Shown: one piece after another, positions 11,401 through 18,815 of the stretch
Numbering within the stretch: position 1 is the stretch's first letter
How the letters are laid out: the number at the start of each line of letters is the position of its first letter
IMG/VR virus record: IMGVR_UViG_3300037467_000050
Span: 1 to 29,866 of that record
DNA length: 29,866 nt
Source of the DNA: a virus
Lineage: Duplodnaviria > Caudoviricetes
Direction: 5' to 3' (one strand)
Position numbers and translations under genes: made by a program
The notes under the pieces: model-generated
What the model was told of the DNA's origin: nothing
Database searches by the model: none
Seen by the model: only the letters and a program-made list of their open reading frames with translations

Positions 11401-14280
11401 GATCTAACCATTGGTCGTTCTGCCGATGCTCTTGGAACTATCAAGTCATTTGACTACAGCGCCGGTACTGCTGGATGGAAGATCGGTAAGGGTCTATTTG
11501 AAATCAATCAGGGTACTATCCGTGCTGCCGCTTTGCAGATTCAGTCTGGTGCTTCCAACCTAGAAGAGCCTCAGTATTCTGCATTCGAATTCAACCCATC
11601 TTTCTACACAGGTAAGTTTGCTCTGGTAAACGCTACAACGTCAATTCAGACAGCCGGTGGAGTGCAGGGAGGACAGTTCCTTCGTATTAGCAGCACAACC
11701 GCTGCCGCCGCCTCTTGCCAGATTGCCGATAGCGCATCTGACTATCACATTTCTGTCGAGGCTGGAAAGACATACATTGTTTCTGCATGGATGAAGGCAT
11801 CGACTGCTACCGCTGTTAGCGCATATCTGCGTCTTAAGTACAACGATGGATCATATGCTACTGCTCCAACGCCGGTAACCCTAGCAGCGAGCGGCGCATT
11901 CACCCGCTACTCATGGGCATTTGTTGTTCCTGCTGGAATCACGAATGCGCTTGTTCAGGTGTTCAATAACACTGCTGCAATCAGCGGTGTTGATATCGAC
12001 GGTATTCAGGTGGAACAGCAGGTCGGTGGGCTAACCACACCTTCTACTTATGTAATGCCGGGTTCAACCTCAATGGACGGTGCAATTATTCGTACCGGTC
12101 AGATGGTGTCAAATGCTAACGTTACGGTCAATGGTGTACAGCAGCCTGCATGGTCAATTAACATGTCCGGTGGTGCGCAGTTCGGTGACGCCGCTGTTCG
12201 TGGAGCAATGGTTGTAGGTCCAACGACAGTTACAAATATTGCACCAAACAACGGTGACTTTGAAGTTGCTGGAAATGGAACTACAGGGTACACGCCTTAC
12301 GCATTCACCACGACTGGTCTTACACTTTCTAGAACCACCACTGCTGGTGAAGTAATCACCGGTACCGGTTCTCTAAAGGTATCTTGGACCACTTTGGGCT
12401 ACACTGCTGGTTTTGATATGGACGTTCCAACGGCTACATTCCCTAACGGAATCACGCCGGGTAACGTTGTTAATATCCAGTTCAAGGTACGAGGTAAGAC
12501 TCCTACCAATAGTGGATCGGCAATCAATCAGGTTGTTGTTGATTTCTACGATGGTCTTGGTAACCAACTTGCCACAGCCGGTAACGTCCTACCATCACCA
12601 ACCTACGTGCCGGGTGACGGAACCGTACTAACGGTAAACAAGTCCTTCACCCTGTCTGACACTCTTACTGCTAATGTTAAGAAGATCAGAATTTACGGTA
12701 ACAGCAACATCTTTGGTTCTGATACTGGAACTATGCTGGTCTTTGATGACATTTCCATCACCACTTCTGACGACTTGGGAGCATCATTCATTTCTTCTGG
12801 TAACTACCTAAAGAATTCTCGTGGATGGAAGATTTCTTCTGGTGGTACTGCCGAGTTCAACTCTATTACTCTTCGTGGTGCTTTTGAGACTGCAAGCACT
12901 GGTGTTCGCTGGCAGATTGGTACAACCCCACAGTGGTACGGTGGTTCTGCCGACATGGTTGCACTAATGGGCGTTGCAAATGAAGGCCAGCCTACAAAGA
13001 TTTCAGCATACGGCGGCGGTATCATGATGAAGGGTACTCTACCTAGCACTTACTCTGCCGGTATTCAGCCTTCGTTCTACATTGGAAACCAAAACTTCCT
13101 AAGCAGTGACCCCGGTCTATATCAGGGTATTGCAAACGTTAACGCAACGTCTATTTCTGTTATTGCTCAGGATGGTCCAGCAACAAATGGAAGCAAGTAT
13201 GGATCGTCTATCCTTCTAAGAGCCGTTCCTGATTCTTCAAACGCAGGATCGCTTGTTGGAGACTCAGCAGTCAAGTTCCGCTCTAATGGCGCTGATGGTC
13301 CCGCTGGAATTGACATGTACGCCGATGGTTGGGTTGATATCTACACTTACGACGCTGCTGCCAACGGCGGTGTCAGGCTATATGCTGGTGACCCTAACTA
13401 CACCATCTACCCTGATTCCATAACAAGCCATGTGTTTGTTGATAAGAACAAGTTGGATGTTGGTGGAACTAACATGGAAATCAACACACAGAACCTTGCT
13501 ATCAATAACTCATTGGCACAGACCAGCGGTATGTTTATGGACCAGATGATGTACGTTTCACGTGCCATTGACATGCTTACCGGTGGTGGAGTTATCAGCG
13601 TGGACACAGCATACAACATCAAGTGGTCGCAGAGATTCATGGCGCTCGACCTTGGCCGTGGAACAAACACTTTCACTGGTGGATACATGGCAATTACCAT
13701 GCCAGCAGTTGGAACCGTTATTCCGGGCTATGGTGGTGCTGCAAACGTAACTGTAACTGCATCTGGAATCAGCCTTAGCAGTTGGTGTACTTTGTGGTAC
13801 GAGCCTGCCTTTGGCACGGCAGGTCCAACTTCGGATGACAGCCGTTTTAGAATTACGTACTTTTCTAGCGATTTCACCGTGCCTCCGCATTGGATTCCTA
13901 TTGCTGTTCGTAACAATGACCTAGCCATGGTTTACTTCGGCAACGGAATTGGGTATACCCCATGGATCACGCCAACGTTCACAAACTCGTGGGTAGCATT
14001 TGCCAACGCAACCTACCGTGACCCTCAGTACCGTAGAAATAGCCTAGGACGTGTTGAACTAAGAGGTCTTATGAAGTCTGGTACTGTTAACGTTCCTGCA
14101 TTCACACTGCCTGCCGGATACCGCCCCGGTGTTGGTGAAATCTTCACACAGCAGGCAAGCAGTGGTCTGGCCGACCTTCGTGTGTTCAGCAGTGGCGCGG
14201 TACAGGTGTCAGCATACTACGCTGGTGGAACCAACGCATCTGTCTCGCTCGCAGGCATCACCTTCGCAGCAGAACTCTGA
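8473..14280 (+). CDS. Tail fibre / receptor-binding protein with FN3 repeats and carbohydrate-binding-like modules
   Basis: 1935 aa. About 4 FN3-like repeats (PxxPxxL..W...Y..V.A.D..N.S) at ~8600-9800, CBM-like segments (e.g. VEAGKTYIVSAWMK), repeated I.S.NY....G(F/W/Y) motifs, and C-terminal FTLPAGYRP typical of fibre tips. Confidence 0.85.
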   Translation: MRIVIPNQPAGTNLIIKARSKNGTAFSDWSRNFAVTTIGDTTPPKTPANPVETMAGTSFTLKWDAVTQSTDNTPASDLDRYEVKVTSSGSLQSATYVTKDTKFEFSFEQNVSLFGTPQANVQMAVRAIDTAGNASGYSATQSQTNPAPAAPTGLTGAAGNYSLSFTWNAVSDLDLKQYRIYQGATAGSQGTLVWTGTALNATIQINDTTNDKYYKVVAVDVFNTESATSNVVGPIKPTSPVSVDTTAPAVPTTLAGTLTNSADGTSASMAVSWVGVSDSDLDSYILAFRQNASPVNDWQYQTVDKTNTTTTIQGLVPYKAYDIRIRAKDFSANYSNWTTIVNVSAQANTAPAVPTGLAIVTGKDNITLSWNENTELDMKNNAGTYDVTIATDSGFTTGVLQYRTAATTLSVNGLASSQIYYARVRATDSGGLSSAYSSSVNGTTGNYSGLGGGSKYTVAATAPSSPAANDVWMDTTSGFEKYWTGSAWANTGNVSLAYNTSRGDDLVTNGTALMKNNYNFPGFDYNGVDAPTGASGSFVIKTTGSQSSSITEMIPFDPTKAYKFAFQSRQTVSGSTNCMYGFISPFDAFDLSIAPYNYMYIAGTTTTLAADLKPGDTTVKLTSPANWFGTAGKNAGAATYYRGFIFWDYTDPAGKTWPTGTYSRNAFYQDMFADGGIAADGTVTLRAPWPTANGTHLAGTAVSQTTSGGNYIYMPTATNVVVPETWTTYTDTFSAGVMNPSLQAIPATGNAGWTTGVPPGTAKIKVGWLMNYPGGSIAGKHAVAAVSLSTAAAAWASANGKNKIVRSTSAPASTTGYAEGDLWWQVDASNNVIGQWRIVSGAWVAEKIKSDIIANLDVNKLTAGSGFITDLSIAAGGVIKSANYVANTSGFRLSDTGLIIEAGSTIKADTFKGGTINGTTISVGAGGVLIVDSTGAIRSNNYAIGATGYRMDASGLEVNDGSIDAKVLKTNTAIVGDLTIGRSADALGTIKSFDYSAGTAGWKIGKGLFEINQGTIRAAALQIQSGASNLEEPQYSAFEFNPSFYTGKFALVNATTSIQTAGGVQGGQFLRISSTTAAAASCQIADSASDYHISVEAGKTYIVSAWMKASTATAVSAYLRLKYNDGSYATAPTPVTLAASGAFTRYSWAFVVPAGITNALVQVFNNTAAISGVDIDGIQVEQQVGGLTTPSTYVMPGSTSMDGAIIRTGQMVSNANVTVNGVQQPAWSINMSGGAQFGDAAVRGAMVVGPTTVTNIAPNNGDFEVAGNGTTGYTPYAFTTTGLTLSRTTTAGEVITGTGSLKVSWTTLGYTAGFDMDVPTATFPNGITPGNVVNIQFKVRGKTPTNSGSAINQVVVDFYDGLGNQLATAGNVLPSPTYVPGDGTVLTVNKSFTLSDTLTANVKKIRIYGNSNIFGSDTGTMLVFDDISITTSDDLGASFISSGNYLKNSRGWKISSGGTAEFNSITLRGAFETASTGVRWQIGTTPQWYGGSADMVALMGVANEGQPTKISAYGGGIMMKGTLPSTYSAGIQPSFYIGNQNFLSSDPGLYQGIANVNATSISVIAQDGPATNGSKYGSSILLRAVPDSSNAGSLVGDSAVKFRSNGADGPAGIDMYADGWVDIYTYDAAANGGVRLYAGDPNYTIYPDSITSHVFVDKNKLDVGGTNMEINTQNLAINNSLAQTSGMFMDQMMYVSRAIDMLTGGGVISVDTAYNIKWSQRFMALDLGRGTNTFTGGYMAITMPAVGTVIPGYGGAANVTVTASGISLSSWCTLWYEPAFGTAGPTSDDSRFRITYFSSDFTVPPHWIPIAVRNNDLAMVYFGNGIGYTPWITPTFTNSWVAFANATYRDPQYRRNSLGRVELRGLMKSGTVNVPAFTLPAGYRPGVGEIFTQQASSGLADLRVFSSGAVQVSAYYAGGTNASVSLAGITFAAEL

Positions 14281-14286
14281 TGGGGC

Positions 14287-14315
14287 TTGACAACTTGACA
14301 GACCATGTGTAAAAT
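14287..14315 (+). promoter_or_regulatory. Sigma70/HrdB-type promoter
   Basis: TTGACA (14287-14292), 17 bp spacer, TAAAAT (14310-14315). A second TTGACA lies at 14295-14300, and RBS GAGAGGA precedes GTG 14343. Confidence 0.8.
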
Positions 14316-14342
14316 TTATCAAACAAGAGAGGATTGTAAGTA

Positions 14343-14543
14343 GTGGAGAATAACGAAATTACTAAGTTGAACCTAAAGATTCAAGCATTAGGAGAATCTT
14401 TCAGTAATAAGGCAGTACAGTATGAAAACCAGATTGCTGACCTAAGAGTAGAACTAACACTCATTAGTCAGGAATTGGAACAGACAAGAAACGCTTTGAA
14501 CTCAAAGGAAGAGACAATTGTTCCGCAGGAAGACGAAAAGTAA
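14343..14543 (+). CDS. Small coiled-coil hypothetical protein
   Basis: 66 aa, GTG start with RBS, heptad Leu/Ile pattern. Confidence 0.7.
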   Translation: MENNEITKLNLKIQALGESFSNKAVQYENQIADLRVELTLISQELEQTRNALNSKEETIVPQEDEK

Positions 14544-14913
14544 GCCGGTAGCGCCGAAGACTTTTCCTAGCGGTATCTGCGTTAAGACTGAAATCGGACA
14601 CTACTACATCAACGGGAACTTTAGACACCGCCTAGGCTCTAAGCGTATCTTTGAGTCATGGGCCTTTCCCTTTGTAGCAGAAACCTCAGAGGCTGCTTTG
14701 AAGAACTACCGGCGCGGTAAGCGTCTGGGATTCAGAGACGGTTCCTTGGTAAGAAGAATCTCCGATGGTAACCTATACTTTATCTCTAAGAGACAAAGAC
14801 GACTAGTGAAGAATGTTGACTTCCTCACCGCTTTGGGCCTTAACCCAAAGGACGCGGTGTGGGCATCAGACTTTGAACTAGAATACACATCGGAAGGAGA
14901 GATTATAGAGTGA
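14518..14913 (+). CDS. Hypothetical protein with an internal two-fold repeat
   Basis: 131 aa with two similar halves (G..VK....YYI....RH.L and DGSLVR....LYFISK.QRRLV). Overlaps both neighbours. Confidence 0.7.
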   Translation: MFRRKTKSKPVAPKTFPSGICVKTEIGHYYINGNFRHRLGSKRIFESWAFPFVAETSEAALKNYRRGKRLGFRDGSLVRRISDGNLYFISKRQRRLVKNVDFLTALGLNPKDAVWASDFELEYTSEGEIIE

Positions 14914-15347
14914 CACTTCCTTATAAGGCCCTTATGTGGTCCGATAACGAGGCTCTTGACGTTGACAAGTTGAACGCCATGACGAATAATGACCAGTGGC
15001 TCTTTGAGAACATGCCGCGTGCTAGATTCTCTGTGAATCCAGTCAAGAACACTGGCGTTAAGATTCTAGGCGTCAGAGGATATGTTGCACCATCGAGTGC
15101 TTCTTCCGGTGCGACCAACGTCTACTTTGGAAATATGTTTTCCCAAGGATGCCGACCACTTGTGGTTGCATCTGCTGTTCACACGAACTGGCAGAGACGT
15201 TCACACGTTGCAGTTAATGGACTAGGAAACCTTGCTGAGCCAGACTACACTGGTTGTAAGGTTACGGTATCCATTGACGAATGGAATAGCAAGTACCTAA
15301 AGGTTGCTTCTGGTATTTACGTCCATATTCTAGCCATGGGCTGGTGA
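14910..15347 (+). CDS. Hypothetical protein, probably a minor tail protein
   Basis: 145 aa, GTGA overlap. N-terminal LDVDKLNAM..N and C-terminal VHILAMGW resemble small tail-tip/fibre domains. Confidence 0.6.
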   Translation: MTLPYKALMWSDNEALDVDKLNAMTNNDQWLFENMPRARFSVNPVKNTGVKILGVRGYVAPSSASSGATNVYFGNMFSQGCRPLVVASAVHTNWQRRSHVAVNGLGNLAEPDYTGCKVTVSIDEWNSKYLKVASGIYVHILAMGW

Positions 15348-15353
15348 TATAAT
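15345..15353 (+). promoter_or_regulatory. Extended -10 promoter, probably leaderless
   Basis: TGATATAAT (TGn + TATAAT at 15348-15353). ATG follows 6 nt later at 15360 with no SD sequence. Confidence 0.7.
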
Positions 15354-15359
15354 TGAAGA

Positions 15360-15758
15360 ATGAGTCCAAGGGTAGCAATCAGATGCGCGGTATGTAACGT
15401 CGCGTTTGAAATCCCTATTGACTATGAAAACGTAAGATTCTGCTCTGACTTCTGTAGAAAGGCATTCTTCACCAACAGAAAGTGTAACGGTGAAATTCCA
15501 AAGAAGTTCTACTCTAAGCGTAGACGCCGTGCATACCGACGCGGAGACAGAATCGACAGGTACGAAGTCTTTGAATACTACGGCTGGGTGTGTAACATCT
15601 GCGGTAGTAAGATAGACAAGGCCCTTAGATTCCCAGACAAGCGTGCCGCCACCCTAGATCACATCATCCCCCTTTCTCGGGGTGGCAGGCACGTTTGGGA
15701 GAACGTAGCCCCAGCGCATGCCTCATGTAACGAAAAGAAGGGGTGCCTTGACACCTAA
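15360..15758 (+). CDS. HNH endonuclease with N-terminal zinc finger
   Basis: N-terminal CAVC..FCSDFC, followed by a CNICG..TLDHIIPLSRGGRHVWENVAPAHASCNEKKG HNH core. Confidence 0.92.
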   Translation: MSPRVAIRCAVCNVAFEIPIDYENVRFCSDFCRKAFFTNRKCNGEIPKKFYSKRRRRAYRRGDRIDRYEVFEYYGWVCNICGSKIDKALRFPDKRAATLDHIIPLSRGGRHVWENVAPAHASCNEKKGCLDT

Positions 15759-15776
15759 CATGGTGTCAGGTAGACT
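15748..15776 (+). promoter_or_regulatory. Sigma70/HrdB-type promoter, probably leaderless, overlapped by a palindrome
   Basis: TTGACA (15748-15753), 17 bp spacer, TAGACT (15771-15776). ATG follows 6 nt later at 15783. Inverted repeat TGACACC-N6-GGTGTCA at 15749-15768. Confidence 0.75.
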
Positions 15777-15782
15777 TGGTGT

Positions 15783-16439
15783 ATGAGAGTCATCAGCGTC
15801 GGCAAGAAGACAATTGCTTTTGTAATGACAGTAGTCGTTGCAGCAGTTGTCTTTTTTGCTACCATGATTCCATCACAAGCAGACGAGCCACAGCCTACAG
15901 CACAGCCAGCAGTGGTGCTACCTACGATCACTCTGACGCTGCCTGTTTTGCCTCCGGTCACTGTGAAGCCATCGGCAATTATTAAGACAGTTACGAAGGT
16001 CGTCAAGGACGTGACAGTGGTCACCAGAACCCTGCCGGGTACGACGGAGACAGTCACTAAGCGTGTGGTCTTGCCAAGATCGACCCAGACTGTTACACTA
16101 CCACAGAGCGTAGTAACTCAGCCCGCACAGACCGTTAAGGTGACTAGACAGGCAGCAACGAGAACTGTTACGCTTCCCCCTGTCACGAACACACAGACAG
16201 TGACAGCCACGGCTACATCTACGGCACCGGGTATTAACACAATCACCACGGTCACCAAGGAAAAGCCTGTGGTAATTACACGTGCTCAGGCAGTGCTATC
16301 GGCCTTTGGTCTAGCCTTGCTTGGTGCATTGATTGGCGTTCTGGTTCTAGGCGCATACCGTCTAGGCTGGTTCAGAGGCGATGCCGGTAACCGCGAGTTC
16401 ATCGAGGAAACCGTGGACGACCTCAAATACAACAAGTAA
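15783..16439 (+). CDS. Thr/Val/Pro-rich membrane-anchored surface protein
   Basis: N-terminal KK plus hydrophobic stretch ending in SQA-DE (signal-peptide-like), ~140 aa low-complexity T/V/P stalk, C-terminal transmembrane helix and short charged tail. Confidence 0.8.
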   Translation: MRVISVGKKTIAFVMTVVVAAVVFFATMIPSQADEPQPTAQPAVVLPTITLTLPVLPPVTVKPSAIIKTVTKVVKDVTVVTRTLPGTTETVTKRVVLPRSTQTVTLPQSVVTQPAQTVKVTRQAATRTVTLPPVTNTQTVTATATSTAPGINTITTVTKEKPVVITRAQAVLSAFGLALLGALIGVLVLGAYRLGWFRGDAGNREFIEETVDDLKYNK

Positions 16440-16447
16440 GGACATTA

Positions 16448-17239
16448 ATGAGCAACACATTCAAGTGGGCGTTCGTTGGCGACCTTCAAATTCCTTATGA
16501 AGATCCTAGGGCCGTAGCCTTATGGTTTAAGGTAATGAAGGCATGGAAGCCAGACGCCATTGATTTCGTCGGAGACATTGATGACCAATTGGAATACTCT
16601 TCCTTCTCGGATGGAACAACAGACGAGTTCTTCGCACAATTGAAGAAGGAGGAAGACCCTTCTCCATTGGCATTTGTGAAGAAGAACGCGGACGGTGCAA
16701 AGGCATTTTATACCAAGGTGGCTGAGCAGCATCCCGACGCAGACAAGCACTCGTCTCTAGGAAATCACGATATTAGGATTTTCAAGTACATCGATAAGAA
16801 GGCTCCCGCGTACAACGATCACATCACGCCCAACACACTTTGGGGTCTGGACGATCTAGGTATTACGTGGAAGCAGTATAGCGATAAGCCTTTCGAAAGG
16901 CATGGAGGCATCTTTGTCCACCACGGAGCAACCACAACAGCCTCTGGATTGGCTGTTAAGGCAAACATTGAAGAATATGACGTTTCACTTGTACGAGGAC
17001 ATGACCACCGAGGCGGTGTCGTCTATAAGTCATATCCTCTATCTGGAAGAACACTCCAAGGCATGGGTACGGGACACATGTGCGACCCCGATGCGTATGG
17101 ACTTCAATATACTGTAAACCCATCATGGGAATTGGGCTTTGGCATTGCCCACGTGGTTGACAATCATGCTCACCTACAGTTTGTGCCAATCACACCGGAT
17201 TATACATGTGTTGTTGACGGAAAGGTCTTCAAGGGATGA
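16448..17239 (+). CDS. Calcineurin-like metallophosphoesterase
   Basis: Motifs GDLQ, VGDIDD, LGNHD, HHG and GHDH in canonical order. RBS AAGGA. Confidence 0.88.
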   Translation: MSNTFKWAFVGDLQIPYEDPRAVALWFKVMKAWKPDAIDFVGDIDDQLEYSSFSDGTTDEFFAQLKKEEDPSPLAFVKKNADGAKAFYTKVAEQHPDADKHSSLGNHDIRIFKYIDKKAPAYNDHITPNTLWGLDDLGITWKQYSDKPFERHGGIFVHHGATTTASGLAVKANIEEYDVSLVRGHDHRGGVVYKSYPLSGRTLQGMGTGHMCDPDAYGLQYTVNPSWELGFGIAHVVDNHAHLQFVPITPDYTCVVDGKVFKG

Positions 17240-17403
17240 ATCGAATTGTCGAAGTTATTAGTGCAACTGAATGGAAGATCAAGGGTCTGCATGATTCGCG
17301 GGCGCTGGTAATCGACAAGGTAGGACAGGTCTGGGTATGCGTTCCTGTGTATCACATGAACGGATTTACAAATGTGAAGCCGCTCTTTAAGTATTATGGG
17401 TGA
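17236..17403 (+). CDS. Small hypothetical protein (55 aa), absent from the ORF track
   Basis: ATGA overlap with the phosphoesterase stop. Reads MNRIVEVISATEWKIKGLHDSRALVIDKVGQVWVCVPVYHMNGFTNVKPLFKYYG and fills the gap exactly. Confidence 0.6.
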   Translation: MNRIVEVISATEWKIKGLHDSRALVIDKVGQVWVCVPVYHMNGFTNVKPLFKYYG

Positions 17404-17409
17404 TATAAT
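17401..17409 (+). promoter_or_regulatory. Extended -10 promoter
   Basis: GGTGATATAAT, identical to the 11-mer at 15343-15353. Strong RBS AAGGAGG (17430-17436) lies downstream. Confidence 0.65.
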
Positions 17410-17444
17410 ATAGAGGTATCTTAGAAGCAAAGGAGGTTGATTTT

Positions 17445-17783
17445 ATGGTTACAGGTATTTTTGTTCTGGTCGTAAGCGCACTAGTTGTTCTACTGACCTC
17501 CTTGTTCAAGACTGTTAACATGAGCGTTAAGGTGAAGACCCTAATTGCTACTGTCCTGTCTGTCATTGGTGGTGTAGGAGCCGACCTTGCTTCAAAGGGC
17601 TTTGATGTATCACAGTACGCTGGTCTAGACATTCTTACAACGGCTCTAGTTATCTATGGTGGTTCTCAGTTGATCTACAACTTCATCATGAAGGGCACGT
17701 CGGTAGACGCAAAGTTGGAAGACACTCTAGTCACAAGCACCCCGGCTGACGCCGAGGCCGACTCCCCACGTGAAGGGTTCTGA
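17445..17783 (+). CDS. Holin-like membrane protein
   Basis: 112 aa with three hydrophobic segments and a charged C-terminal tail. Strong RBS. Confidence 0.6.
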   Translation: MVTGIFVLVVSALVVLLTSLFKTVNMSVKVKTLIATVLSVIGGVGADLASKGFDVSQYAGLDILTTALVIYGGSQLIYNFIMKGTSVDAKLEDTLVTSTPADAEADSPREGF

Positions 17784-17785
17784 TC

Positions 17786-18298
17786 GTGGCCGGTGTAAAG
17801 CACACAAATAAGAAGAAGCGCAAGAATCGCCATTTCTACTGGAATGGCAAACTCCACAAGGTTCTCAGGATTTCGTACCCTGAGAATCTTGTGGAGGCGT
17901 GGTGCTACAAGGACCATCAGTCCGTAGCATTACTGTATACAGACTGGAAGCGAAGGTCAGACTTAGCGATTAAGACTGGCGAAGTAACCAAACTGCTTAG
18001 GATCAATCGAGTCACGATTACCCGAGCGGTGCAGAATGAAGAAATCCGTCTGCCTGAAAGGGCATACAACCTAGACGAGAAGAAAAATCCTACCTTCCAT
18101 TGGTGGTCGGAAAAGGATGTGCTAGAGTTGCATGAGGCGCTGTTGAGTCACCACTTTGGTAGACCTCGCCTTGATGGAAAGATTACCCCAAGACAGACCC
18201 TGCCCACAGCGGCAGAGATTAGAGCGTACTTCCGTAACGAAAACACGCTCTACATTAGGTCAGATGATGGGGCAATGGTCCCTATCTTTGATCGTTAA
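17786..18298 (+). CDS. Helix-turn-helix DNA-binding protein (MerR/excisionase-like)
   Basis: Basic protein with HTH-like segment KTGEVTKLLRINRVTITRAVQNEEI, followed by WWSEKDV (MerR-type wing). Confidence 0.7.
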   Translation: MAGVKHTNKKKRKNRHFYWNGKLHKVLRISYPENLVEAWCYKDHQSVALLYTDWKRRSDLAIKTGEVTKLLRINRVTITRAVQNEEIRLPERAYNLDEKKNPTFHWWSEKDVLELHEALLSHHFGRPRLDGKITPRQTLPTAAEIRAYFRNENTLYIRSDDGAMVPIFDR

Positions 18299-18313
18299 AG
18301 TAGGAGACTGATA

Positions 18314-18628
18314 TTGAGTAAGAAGAATAAGCCTGCTAAGTACAGGATCACGAAGAATGTCATTGGTATTGACACAGGATTCATTCAGGCTTCGATGATG
18401 CTTGACATTGCAGCACAAAAGGCCATTGCCACAGGAGATACAGAGGCAATGGTCAGCGTGGCAGACAGTTGGGTTGGCCTTTCTGTTGCCATGAAGGAAG
18501 TTCTCGACGCACCAGAGGAAGTGGACGACGAGGACGATGAGGCCGGTAGCCGACACGATAAAGGCTCGCCTATCGGCTTTGGAGTAACAGCAAAGGACAT
18601 TAAGGAGTATCATGACAGAAACAAATGA
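18314..18628 (+). CDS. Hypothetical protein
   Basis: TTG start with RBS AGGAGA. 104 aa with an acidic patch. Confidence 0.7.
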   Translation: MSKKNKPAKYRITKNVIGIDTGFIQASMMLDIAAQKAIATGDTEAMVSVADSWVGLSVAMKEVLDAPEEVDDEDDEAGSRHDKGSPIGFGVTAKDIKEYHDRNK

Positions 18629-18815
18629 TCGCGTAGAGATTGCATATGACTTCACCGTTAACCTTGGAAACTTTGAGAACGTCAAGGTCCACGTTGGTTA
18701 TGCCAGCGATGTGAAGCACGGCGAGACACCAGAGCAGGCATACGAGCGAGTAGACGCTTTTGTATCTGAGAAGGTTTCAAAGGAAGTTGAAGAGGCTCGC
18801 AAGGCGGCTAAGTAA
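18612..18815 (+). CDS. Hypothetical protein
   Basis: RBS AAGGAG. 67 aa containing a TVNLGNFENVKV segment. TAATG coupling to the next gene. Confidence 0.75.
   Translation: MTETNDRVEIAYDFTVNLGNFENVKVHVGYASDVKHGETPEQAYERVDAFVSEKVSKEVEEARKAAK

Noticed and set aside
13900-14280. Diversity-generating retroelement target at the tail fibre tip
   Set aside because: No reverse transcriptase and no second near-identical template repeat were seen in the window.
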